DNA of 64,000 nucleotides. It comes from a candidate division WWE3 bacterium UBA1401 (GTDB lineage: Bacteria; Patescibacteriota; WWE3; UBA101185; UBA10185). This document shows, in pieces, positions 1 to 8,243 of this stretch (positions are counted from its first letter, which is position 1; every line of letters starts with the position of its first letter). The notes under the pieces were generated by a model, which was given only the letters and a program-made list of their open reading frames with translations, did not search any database and was not told the DNA's origin. The translations under genes and the position numbers were made by a program. The DNA lies in NCBI GenBank assembly GCA_002305115.1, contig DBQF01000001.1, positions 437,767-501,766 on the forward strand. The letters run 5' to 3'.

Positions 1-1157
1 CACAGTATCACTACCTTGCTAAAGGAGCTGTAATGATCACTGCGTCACACAACCCTAAGGAGTACAATGGTTTCAAACTTGCACTGGGTTTCTCAGATAC
101 GCTCATTACTGACGAGCTTCAGTGGCTTAAGGCAATTGCTCAATCTGAAGATTTTAGTTGTTACCAGGAGTCTGGTTCTTTAGTAACCGAGGATATTTTT
201 CCCTTATACAAGACAGATATTCTTTCCAAGGTATATAATAAAAAGAGTCTTAAAATAGTTGTCGATGCGTGTAATGGTACTGCTGGCAAATTTCTACCAG
301 ACCTTTTAAGAACCGCAGGACATACTGTAATAGAACAAAATTGTAATCTTGATGGTAACTTTCCACTTGGTGATCCTGACCCCACCGTACAAAGTGTTTT
401 AAATAGACTAGGTAATAGTGTAGTTGCAGAGAATGCTGACATTGGATTCGCATTTGACTGTGACGGAGATAGATTAGGTATTGTCGATGAAACTGGTAAG
501 CCTATCTGGAACGATAACCTCATATCAATATTTGCACTAGATATCTTAGATTATTTACCTGGAAGTAGCATAGTTTTTAATACTTTGTGTTCTAAACAAG
601 TCTCTGATGTAATTAGTTTCTCGGGTGGTAAGCCTGTCATGTGGATGACAGGACATTCATTCATAAAAGCGAAAGTAAAAGAACTTCGGGCGCCTTTTGG
701 TGGCGAATTATCTGGCCACTTCTTTTTTATGGATAATTTTTACGGTCACGACGATGGGGCGTTTGCCTCCCTTCGTCTGTTATCCTATCTGGAAAGACAT
801 GAAGAGACACTTTCCCCGGTTCTAGCCAGTCTACCTTTTTATTTTTCCAGTCCCCAAATTAAGCTTGGCTGTTCTGATGATATTAAGTTTTCACTAATTT
901 CCAGTGAAATTACCGCAGATATAAAGCAACTTTTCGGATCAGATGCAAAGTATATTGATATTGACGGTATACGTGCGGATCTTGATGATAGAATGGCAAT
1001 TATAAGAGCTTCTCAAAATGGCCCTTACATTACAGTTAAGTTCGAAGCAAAGACAACACAAGCCTACGAGGAATTGAAGAACTCACTCAATGCTATTTTA
1101 AGAAAGTACGATAACATAGACTATACTTCAGGTGGCAATGTTGAAGCCTTGGCATAG
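1..1157 (+). CDS. Phosphomannomutase/phosphoglucomutase (alpha-D-phosphohexomutase), 5'-truncated by window edge
   Basis: Reading frame is open back to nt 3. Catalytic-serine loop ITASHNP, metal loop FDCDGDRLG and sugar loop GELSGHFF are present. Confidence 0.85.
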   Translation, partial: QYHYLAKGAVMITASHNPKEYNGFKLALGFSDTLITDELQWLKAIAQSEDFSCYQESGSLVTEDIFPLYKTDILSKVYNKKSLKIVVDACNGTAGKFLPDLLRTAGHTVIEQNCNLDGNFPLGDPDPTVQSVLNRLGNSVVAENADIGFAFDCDGDRLGIVDETGKPIWNDNLISIFALDILDYLPGSSIVFNTLCSKQVSDVISFSGGKPVMWMTGHSFIKAKVKELRAPFGGELSGHFFFMDNFYGHDDGAFASLRLLSYLERHEETLSPVLASLPFYFSSPQIKLGCSDDIKFSLISSEITADIKQLFGSDAKYIDIDGIRADLDDRMAIIRASQNGPYITVKFEAKTTQAYEELKNSLNAILRKYDNIDYTSGGNVEALA

Positions 1158-1174
1158 ACCTACCTGGTTAGTTT

Positions 1175-2494
1175 TTACCTAATCACGTAAGCTGCGTAAT
1201 CTTGCCCTAACGGAGTTTCTAGCTTTTCTACTTCTTCTGGAGCTAGGTGTTCAAAATATTCTCTAAAGCCGCGCATAGAATTGCCGTGACAAGAAACTGC
1301 CACATTAATATTTTCCTCTTTCATGCGCTTTACAATATCTTCGCAAAAAGAGGCAACACGCTTGCAGACCATGCCAATACTTTCACCATTAGGTGGTACT
1401 TCCGAGTAACCTCTCCTGATTTTTTGCAACTTTTCCGGGTCTTCCATCTGAATTTCCATTTTACTTTTACCCTGATAGTCTCCATAGGATCTTTCCTTGA
1501 TGCGTTCATCTGTCTCTATTGGTAGGTCTTTTGCTGTAGGGTTTTTTGATACAGCAATCTTCATAGTATCTACAGCTCTGATTTGGGGTGATGAAATCAG
1601 CACATCAAGTTTCTTGTCTTTAAGTTTTTCTGCTAATACCTCTGCCTGCTGCTTGCCAGTTTCTGTTATAGGCGAATCGCGCCAGCCGCTGAAAATATAG
1701 TTAGCGTTATCTTCTGTTTGCCCGTGTCTAAAAATATACAGCGTGGGTAACTCATCAGATTCTTCTTTAGGAAGTTCTGACACTTCTTTGTAATTTAATA
1801 AATCTTTTGCTTCTTTAGCCTTATCATCTTTTGAGAAATTTGCCATATCGAAAATATTTCCTTTCTGCCTTTTTTTCCATAAAATAAATAATCCCACACC
1901 AAGTGCTCCAAGAAATAAAATTTTACCAACAGTTTCCATACTTTCAATACCGCTGGCTACGTCTTCCGATGCACTTAGGCCCGTATAGCCCAAGTACAAG
2001 AAAAACAAGTTGCGAACAATATTTCCTGTAAAAGTTGCTACTACAAATGTTCTAAAATTTAGCTTGATAAGTCCTGTTACTGCAGAAATAGGTGAGCTAG
2101 GAACTAAAGGTATAGACCTTAAGGCAAAGAGTGTAACGAAATCCTTTTTTGATTTATTAAACATTTTGCCCAGTTTTTCTATGTCTGTGTGTTTAATCCC
2201 GAAAAATTTCCCAAACTTACCTACAATCAAATCTTCTGTTTTATCTGCCAGCACATATACTAAAATTCCACCTAGCAACTTTGCTGTAGCTCCTATTAGC
2301 GCCACTACGAAAATGTAGGGTAATGCTCTATTTTGGGCGGCAGTTATTGAACCAGCTAATGAAAGCACGAAGGGTGATGGAATAGGTGCAAATACCTCTT
2401 CGATAAAGGAACCAATAAATGTAAACCATTCTAAAGAGACGTTGGCGGCTAATGCCTCAATATAACCTAGAACTGTACTGACAATATTTTCCAT
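1175..2494 (-). CDS. Fusion protein: DedA-family membrane domain (N-term) plus histidine phosphatase/PGAM-like domain (C-term)
   Basis: N-terminal ~210 aa is multi-TM with a DedA-like pattern (FAPIPSPFVL, ALRSIPLVPSSPISAVTGL). C-terminal part has the RHG motif (LYIFRHGQTEDN) and a second His motif (SCHGNSMRG). It is a single uninterrupted ORF. Confidence 0.7.
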   Translation of the reverse strand: MENIVSTVLGYIEALAANVSLEWFTFIGSFIEEVFAPIPSPFVLSLAGSITAAQNRALPYIFVVALIGATAKLLGGILVYVLADKTEDLIVGKFGKFFGIKHTDIEKLGKMFNKSKKDFVTLFALRSIPLVPSSPISAVTGLIKLNFRTFVVATFTGNIVRNLFFLYLGYTGLSASEDVASGIESMETVGKILFLGALGVGLFILWKKRQKGNIFDMANFSKDDKAKEAKDLLNYKEVSELPKEESDELPTLYIFRHGQTEDNANYIFSGWRDSPITETGKQQAEVLAEKLKDKKLDVLISSPQIRAVDTMKIAVSKNPTAKDLPIETDERIKERSYGDYQGKSKMEIQMEDPEKLQKIRRGYSEVPPNGESIGMVCKRVASFCEDIVKRMKEENINVAVSCHGNSMRGFREYFEHLAPEEVEKLETPLGQDYAAYVIR

Positions 2495-2535
2495 ACTAGT
2501 AAGGGTACCCTATATTTACTTAATAGTAAATTAGC

Positions 2536-3168
2536 TTATACGTACCTTCTGATTACTCCAGTCACTTTACCCTGGATTTTAAGGTCTCTTTTACTGTTAA
2601 CGTAGATGGGTTCCATTTCATCATTTGCAGGCTGCAATCTGATTCTGCCGTCCTTTTCTTTATAGAAAGATTTTAGGGTGGCAAAACCGTTATCTAGCAG
2701 TGCTACTACAATATCACCATTTTCAGCGGTGTCTTGCTGTTGAATTACTACGTAATCTCCGTTAAAAATACCTTCATTTATCATGGAATCGCCTTTTACC
2801 TGTAATACATAGCATCTTTTTACTTTTGACACTAAGTCTGGGGATACTGTTACGGTTTCGGTAGGGTCTTCGTTAGCCTCGATTGGTTCACCTGCCGCAA
2901 TGTAGCCTACTAAGGGAAGTTCAATGCCATGCAGTGTGGAGCTTATGGCCTCATCCAGAATTTCTATACCTCTAATAGCGCCTTCATACTTTCTGATCAC
3001 TTGTTTTTTTACTAGTGCTTCCAAGTGCTCGTGAACTGTAGCCAGGGAAGATAAGTTCATAGCGTCTGCAATTTCCTGCAAGGTAGGGGAGAAGCCATTA
3101 ATTTGAATATATTGAGAAATAAAGTCTAGGATTTGTTTTTGCCTTTTATAAAGAGTTATAGGGCTCAT
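2536..3168 (-). CDS. lexA: LexA repressor (S24 peptidase)
   Basis: N-terminal winged HTH (TLQEIADAMNLSSLATVHEHLEAL), Ala-Gly cleavage site (YIAAGEP), catalytic Ser in KGDSM and Lys in LKIQGKV. SD-like AAAGGA lies upstream. Confidence 0.9.
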   Translation of the reverse strand: MSPITLYKRQKQILDFISQYIQINGFSPTLQEIADAMNLSSLATVHEHLEALVKKQVIRKYEGAIRGIEILDEAISSTLHGIELPLVGYIAAGEPIEANEDPTETVTVSPDLVSKVKRCYVLQVKGDSMINEGIFNGDYVVIQQQDTAENGDIVVALLDNGFATLKSFYKEKDGRIRLQPANDEMEPIYVNSKRDLKIQGKVTGVIRRYV

Positions 3169-3256
3169 TTGATCCTTTCAAAATTAAGTACTTTTGGGGT
3201 TTTTTCGTATGTCTTAATGGTACCGAAGAAGAGGCGAAAATGTCAAGGAAGTGTTT

Positions 3257-3823
3257 TTATAGTTTACACTTCAAATCATTATCTTCCGCGAATTGCTTAA
3301 GTGTATCTTTTAAAACAAAAGCATTTTCATAAGTGCTTATTCTGTCTAGCTTTATGCTATGAACATTAAGTTTTTCAGCGCTTTTATCAAATCTTTCATC
3401 GAAGATACTTAATCTTTTAGACGTTTCTGTAGTATTTTCCATCATAGCGTGTGTAAATTTGTGAAAGTCATTGTCTAGTTGGTCAAGCCTGTTATCTAAT
3501 TTATCTATATTAACCTCAATTTGGTTAACTTTGGCTTCGAGACTATCTACCTTGATTTCGAGCTGGTCTACTTTAGATTCAAGCCTGTCTACCTTGATTT
3601 CCAGCTGGTTTACTTTATTTTCCAAGTTAGTCAGTCTGGTTTTAATTTCTTCAATATCCTTTCTAATAGGTGTCAGTGCACTATCTACTACCTCAGTAAC
3701 TACTGCTCTTATTTGTTCAAGAGTTAAATCATTTTGCATCAAATTTACTATACTAACTCTGGCATAATCTGCAACCGGGCAGGGGACTTGTTGTGATAAT
3801 TCAGACAAAAATTTTGTTATCAA
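3257..3823 (-). CDS. Hypothetical coiled-coil protein with eight consecutive heptads, first gene of the lexA operon
   Basis: ORF with a TTG start at 3823. An alternative ATG at 3739 lies 8 nt after a TATAGT box (3753..3748). Heptads read LTNLENK VNQLEIK VDRLESK VDQLEIK VDSLEAK VNQIEVN IDKLDNR LDQLDND. I recognise no family. Confidence 0.5.
   Translation of the reverse strand: MITKFLSELSQQVPCPVADYARVSIVNLMQNDLTLEQIRAVVTEVVDSALTPIRKDIEEIKTRLTNLENKVNQLEIKVDRLESKVDQLEIKVDSLEAKVNQIEVNIDKLDNRLDQLDNDFHKFTHAMMENTTETSKRLSIFDERFDKSAEKLNVHSIKLDRISTYENAFVLKDTLKQFAEDNDLKCKL
3467..3634. repeat. 21-bp periodic tandem repeat encoding the heptad array; near-identical 42-bp duplication at 3546..3587 and 3588..3629
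   Basis: tctaccttgatttcgagctggtctactttagattcaagcctg is followed directly by tctaccttgatttccagctggtttactttattttccaagtta. Confidence 0.8.
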
Positions 3824-3931
3824 TGCAGTAAAATTCCATGACTGTTTTTGGCTGGTATCGCAATTTTAAATTCCTGAAGGCTATGACTATAAGAAATCAC
3901 TAAAATGTATCCAAACAAAACCCAAACACTG

Positions 3932-3940
3932 TGCTACAAT
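3932..3940 (+). promoter_or_regulatory. Extended -10 box TGCTACAAT, 6 nt before the uvrB ATG (leaderless geometry)
   Basis: TACAAT at 3935..3940, ATG at 3947, and no SD in the 6-nt gap. Confidence 0.6.
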
Positions 3941-3946
3941 AGACAA

Positions 3947-6010
3947 ATGTTTAGGCTCCATGCTAACTACAACCCAACAGGAGATCAGCCAAAGGCTATC
4001 CAATCTCTTACTCAAGGTTTGCGAGAGGGCAAAAAGCACCAAACACTTTTGGGTGTTACAGGTAGTGGCAAAACTTTTTCAGTAGCTAACGTTATCGCAA
4101 ATATAAATAAATCCACCTTAATTATATCGCACAATAAAACTTTGGCAGCCCAATTATTCCAAGAATTTAGAGATTATTTTCCTGAAAATGCTGTTGAATA
4201 CTTTGTAAGTTACTATGACTACTATCAGCCTGAGAGCTACTTGCCTTCCACAGATACTTATATTGAAAAAGACGCAGATATAAATGAACAAATAGATAAG
4301 CTTAGGCTTGCGGCTACAACTTCTCTTATGACAAGAAAAGACGTTATTGTTGTAGCTTCGGTGTCTTGCATTTACAACCTGGGTTCACCAGCAGAGTACT
4401 CGAAAGTGGCGCTAGAACTTAGAAGTGGTATGAAGATCAGAAAAGCTGATGTATTAAAAAGACTAACTCAGCTCTACTATGACAGATCCGAAATGGATTT
4501 TAAACGTGGTACTTACAGAGTAAGAGGTGATGTGGTTGACATATTTCCGGCATATCAAGACATGGCAGTGAGGCTTGAGTTGTTTGATGACAAACTTGTT
4601 TCTATAACCTACTTTGATCCCTTAACAGGTGACTCTATTGATAGAAGTATGTTACCTACAGAAAGGCGTGGCAGCCATACCAAATCTGTAACACAGGATC
4701 CTGAAGATTACGTTGAGCATATTGCAAAAGAAGGCAACTTTGCACTTATTTACCCTGCTAAACACTATGTTACTGCTGAAGAAAGCAGAGAGGGCGCCCT
4801 AACTCAAATTAAGCATGATCTAGAACTTAGACTTGGTGAATTACGTGCTTTAGGTAAGAACCTGGAGGCATATAGACTAGAGCAGCGCACTAACTATGAT
4901 CTGGAAATGATGCAGGAGATTGGTTACTGTAAAGGTATCGAGAACTATTCGCGCTATTTTGATGGCAGAGGCCCTGGAGATGCCCCATACAGCTTAATGG
5001 ACTTTTTTCCAAAAGATTACCTGTTAGTGATAGATGAATCTCATATTACAATTCCCCAGATTAGAGGCATGTATAACGGAGATCAGGCGCGCAAAACAAC
5101 TTTGATTGACTATGGTTTTAGATTACCTTCAGCTAGAGACAATAGACCACTTAATTTTGAAGAATTTCTAAAAAAGACTAACCAGATTATATACACCAGT
5201 GCTACTCCGGGTGATTGGGAGCTTGGCATGTCTGAAACTAACATTTATGAGCAACTAATTCGCCCAACCGGTATTGTTGACCCAAAAATCACCGTATTAC
5301 CTACAGAGGGTCAGGTAAATGATTTGCTTGAGCGAATACAAGAGCGCGTGGCAAGAGGAGAAAGAGTTCTGGTTACCACTCTTACGAAAAGAATGGCAGA
5401 AGAGCTTGCTTCCTTTCTAGTGGAAAAAGGCATAAAGGTAACTTATTTGCACTCCGATATCGATACTCTAGAAAGAACTACAATTCTTGATGACTTACGT
5501 AAGGGAAACTACGACGTACTTGTAGGTATTAACTTGCTAAGAGAAGGATTGGATCTGCCTGAGGTTTCCCTGGTGGCTATTCTGGATGCAGATAAGGAAG
5601 GTTTTTTAAGGTCTGATAAGTCTTTAATTCAGACTATGGGAAGAGCCGCCCGACATATTCTTGGGGAAGTAGTTATGTATGCGGACCATATCACTGATTC
5701 TATGAAACGTGCTATGGATGAAGTGGAAAGACGAAGAGAATATCAGATGCAATACAACCTTGAACATAACATTGTTCCTGTAGGTATAACTAAGCCAATA
5801 AGAGAGAAACTTATTGATGAAGAGCTTGAGGAAGCCCTAAAGCCGCGTGGTAAGTCTATAGATATTGACTATGGCCAACTTCCGCCAGATGAGTTGGCTG
5901 AAGAGATTAAAAAGCTAGAACAGCTTATGCTTTATGAGGCAGAAGTCTTGAATTTTGAGGAAGCGGCAAAAATAAGAGACTTAATTAAAGATCTTAAGAA
6001 GTTTCTATAA
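3947..6010 (+). CDS. uvrB: Excinuclease ABC subunit B
   Basis: [19 protein letters not shown]-terminus, Walker A GVTGSGKT, helicase motifs (DESH, TSATP), and a C-terminal UVR motif ([11 protein letters not shown]). The ORF track starts at 3905, but the conserved N-terminus and the -10 box favour 3947. Confidence 0.95.
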   Translation: MFRLHANYNPTGDQPKAIQSLTQGLREGKKHQTLLGVTGSGKTFSVANVIANINKSTLIISHNKTLAAQLFQEFRDYFPENAVEYFVSYYDYYQPESYLPSTDTYIEKDADINEQIDKLRLAATTSLMTRKDVIVVASVSCIYNLGSPAEYSKVALELRSGMKIRKADVLKRLTQLYYDRSEMDFKRGTYRVRGDVVDIFPAYQDMAVRLELFDDKLVSITYFDPLTGDSIDRSMLPTERRGSHTKSVTQDPEDYVEHIAKEGNFALIYPAKHYVTAEESREGALTQIKHDLELRLGELRALGKNLEAYRLEQRTNYDLEMMQEIGYCKGIENYSRYFDGRGPGDAPYSLMDFFPKDYLLVIDESHITIPQIRGMYNGDQARKTTLIDYGFRLPSARDNRPLNFEEFLKKTNQIIYTSATPGDWELGMSETNIYEQLIRPTGIVDPKITVLPTEGQVNDLLERIQERVARGERVLVTTLTKRMAEELASFLVEKGIKVTYLHSDIDTLERTTILDDLRKGNYDVLVGINLLREGLDLPEVSLVAILDADKEGFLRSDKSLIQTMGRAARHILGEVVMYADHITDSMKRAMDEVERRREYQMQYNLEHNIVPVGITKPIREKLIDEELEEALKPRGKSIDIDYGQLPPDELAEEIKKLEQLMLYEAEVLNFEEAAKIRDLIKDLKKFL

Positions 6011-6069
6011 ATTTTTGAAAAATCATTGTAATGTTTCTACTTTTTTGATACATTTCCCGCATCGGACAT

Positions 6070-8202
6070 ATGAGGGAAATTTTAGAAAAAGGACAGCAGT
6101 TTATATTCCGCATTCTAAGTATTTCCTTTAGTTTCAACAAGAAAGTTGGCTACTCTTTGATTTCCATTTTTGTTTTTTTCCAGGATGCTGCAAACAAGAT
6201 TAGAACACTGCGTATTGTAAAATTCTCGCCGGGTTTACCTTCCCTCAAAACTGTAAAAATCTTTGTTTTCGGGTTTATAGCTTCACTTGTTTTCGTTTTT
6301 GTTCCTTATCAGTTAATTACTTGGTTGAAAAATCTGCCTAATCCTGCGCTTATTAAGGCAAGTCAGCAATATCAACCAACCCAAATTCTGGATCGAAAAG
6401 GCAGACTACTTTACGAAATTTACATCGACAAAGAGTACAAACCGGTTAAGCTTGAGCAAATTCCTAGAGATGTTATTGCTTCAACAATAGCCATTGAAGA
6501 TGACAAATTCTTTTCACATCCTGGATTTAGGCTAGACTCCATAATCAGAGCTGCTAAATCAATATTTTTTGAAAACAGGCTGGAAGGCGGATCCACAATT
6601 ACTCAACAGCTTGTAAAGAATGTACTGCTTACGCCTGAACGCACTATATCAAGAAAACTGAAAGAGTTAGTATTAGCAGTTTGGATTGAAGCTAAATATT
6701 CTAAAGAAGAAATTTTGGAATTGTATCTTAATAACATTCCTTACGGTGGTTCGGCCTGGGGAGTTGAAGTAGCTTCTCAGAAGTTTTTTGGCAAACACGT
6801 TTCGGAATTAAACCTCGCAGAGGCAAGTTTGCTCGCGGGTTTACCAAAAGCTCCTACAATATATTCACCCCTAAATGGTAATTTGGATATGGCTAAAGTA
6901 CGGCAACGTTTGGTACTAGACAAAATGGTTGAAATGAACTACATCTCTGAGGAAGAAGCTACAGTTGCTTTTAACCAGCCTTTACACTTTGTGACACAAG
7001 CTGAGTATATTAGAGCACCTCATTTTGTTACCTATGTCAGGAATTATCTTGAACAAACTTATGGCCCTAGGTATACAAACTTTGGCGGATTAGTCGTCAC
7101 CACAAGCCTGGATCTCGATTTGCAGGAGCAGGTCCAAACTATTGTAAGTAGGGAGGTGGCAAGAAGTGATTATCTGAATATAACAAATGGTGCAGCAGTT
7201 GTTTTGGATTCAAAAACCGGGGAGATTTTAGCTTATGTTGGGTCTGTTGATTATTTTAAAGAAGGTTGGGGCGCTTTTGATGTTATTACCGCATTTAGGC
7301 AGCCTGGTTCATCTATCAAACCTTTAACTTATGCGTCGGCTTTCAAGAGTGGACTTACTCCGATTTCAGTAATTGATGATTCCCCTGTAGCTTACCCAGA
7401 TGAGTCTGGTGTGTATAAGCCTGTAAACTATGATGGCAGATTCCACGGTAGAGTAACCTTAAGGCAAGCCTTGGCAAATTCATATAATATTCCTGCAGTA
7501 AAACTTGTACACAAATTAGGCGCCGATAATGTTGCTACTTTAGGTAGGGATCTGGGTCTGCAAGGCTGGGAAGTTGATGGTAATTATGGTCTTGCTATAA
7601 CTTTGGGCGGCAGGGAAGTAAGGTTGCTGGACTTAGCCAATGTTTATGCTACCTTAGCTAGAGGCGGAAAATATACCAGTGTTACCCCAATTGTTTCGAT
7701 TACAGATGCTAAGGGGTATGAGATATACACAAAGCATATTGTAGAAAGGCAGATAATTGATACGGGAGTTGCCTATATGCTTACACACATTCTGTCTGAC
7801 AATGCAGCAAGGAGTGCTGCTTTTGGGCCAAATAGTATGCTTAATATTCCTGGTTATCAAGTGGCAGTTAAAACCGGAACTTCTGATTTGAAAAAGGATA
7901 ACTGGACATTTGGCTATACGCCCAGTTATACAGTAGGTGTTTGGGTGGGTAATAACGATAACACACCTATGAATGAATACCTGGCTTCCGGGTTAAGTGG
8001 TGCTGCCCCGATTTGGAATCAGATTATGGTGAACTTGCTGGAAGGAACGACTGCAGAAAATTTTGAGGTGCCTAGTGACGTTATTGTATTTAAAGATGAA
8101 AAATGCAATATGACGGAAGTTTTTTTAAGAGGCTCAAAGATACCTAGTAGATTGTGTGCTGAGCCAAAGAAAGAAGACAAGAAAGACAAGGACGACGATT
8201 AA
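6070..8202 (+). CDS. Class A penicillin-binding protein (PBP1A-type transglycosylase/transpeptidase)
   Basis: GT51 motifs EDDKFFSHPG and GGSTITQQL. Transpeptidase motifs SSIKP (SxxK), SYN (SxN) and KTGT. N-terminal TM segment. Confidence 0.9.
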   Translation: MREILEKGQQFIFRILSISFSFNKKVGYSLISIFVFFQDAANKIRTLRIVKFSPGLPSLKTVKIFVFGFIASLVFVFVPYQLITWLKNLPNPALIKASQQYQPTQILDRKGRLLYEIYIDKEYKPVKLEQIPRDVIASTIAIEDDKFFSHPGFRLDSIIRAAKSIFFENRLEGGSTITQQLVKNVLLTPERTISRKLKELVLAVWIEAKYSKEEILELYLNNIPYGGSAWGVEVASQKFFGKHVSELNLAEASLLAGLPKAPTIYSPLNGNLDMAKVRQRLVLDKMVEMNYISEEEATVAFNQPLHFVTQAEYIRAPHFVTYVRNYLEQTYGPRYTNFGGLVVTTSLDLDLQEQVQTIVSREVARSDYLNITNGAAVVLDSKTGEILAYVGSVDYFKEGWGAFDVITAFRQPGSSIKPLTYASAFKSGLTPISVIDDSPVAYPDESGVYKPVNYDGRFHGRVTLRQALANSYNIPAVKLVHKLGADNVATLGRDLGLQGWEVDGNYGLAITLGGREVRLLDLANVYATLARGGKYTSVTPIVSITDAKGYEIYTKHIVERQIIDTGVAYMLTHILSDNAARSAAFGPNSMLNIPGYQVAVKTGTSDLKKDNWTFGYTPSYTVGVWVGNNDNTPMNEYLASGLSGAAPIWNQIMVNLLEGTTAENFEVPSDVIVFKDEKCNMTEVFLRGSKIPSRLCAEPKKEDKKDKDDD

Positions 8203-8229
8203 CTTCTTAACAAACCCAAACAAATCCCG

Positions 8230-8235
8230 TATAAT
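8230..8235 (+). promoter_or_regulatory. -10 box TATAAT, 8 nt before the uvrA ATG
   Basis: TATAAT at 8230..8235, ATG at 8244, no SD in between. Confidence 0.55.
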
Positions 8236-8243
8236 CCTAATTT

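Noticed and set aside
161-523. Many ORF-track entries lie antisense to, or out of frame within, strongly conserved genes. Examples are 161..523, 1247..1525, 8513..8773, 24030..24377, 27174..27554, 27825..28205, 38172..38636, 46439..46849, 48349..48741, 52180..52467 and 59523..59897.
   Set aside because: They are shadow ORFs. Each is wholly inside a gene with unmistakable family motifs on the other strand or frame. They have low-complexity or odd composition, and no start signals.
3467-3634. Tandem 21/42-bp repeats considered as a possible CRISPR-like or VNTR array.
   Set aside because: The repeats are in-frame heptads of a coiled-coil ORF with no unique spacers. This is not a CRISPR array.
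3905-3946. N-terminal extensions offered by the ORF track: uvrB 3905, ftsW 17363, murE 20237, murF 24487, ftsQ 25503, rplU 30420, the GH18-like gene 33608, gatA 46080, the clpC-like gene 51262 and ileS 58587.
   Set aside because: The extensions run through the upstream gene or through the gene's own -10 box. They add residues absent from the conserved family N-termini. Downstream ATGs were chosen instead.
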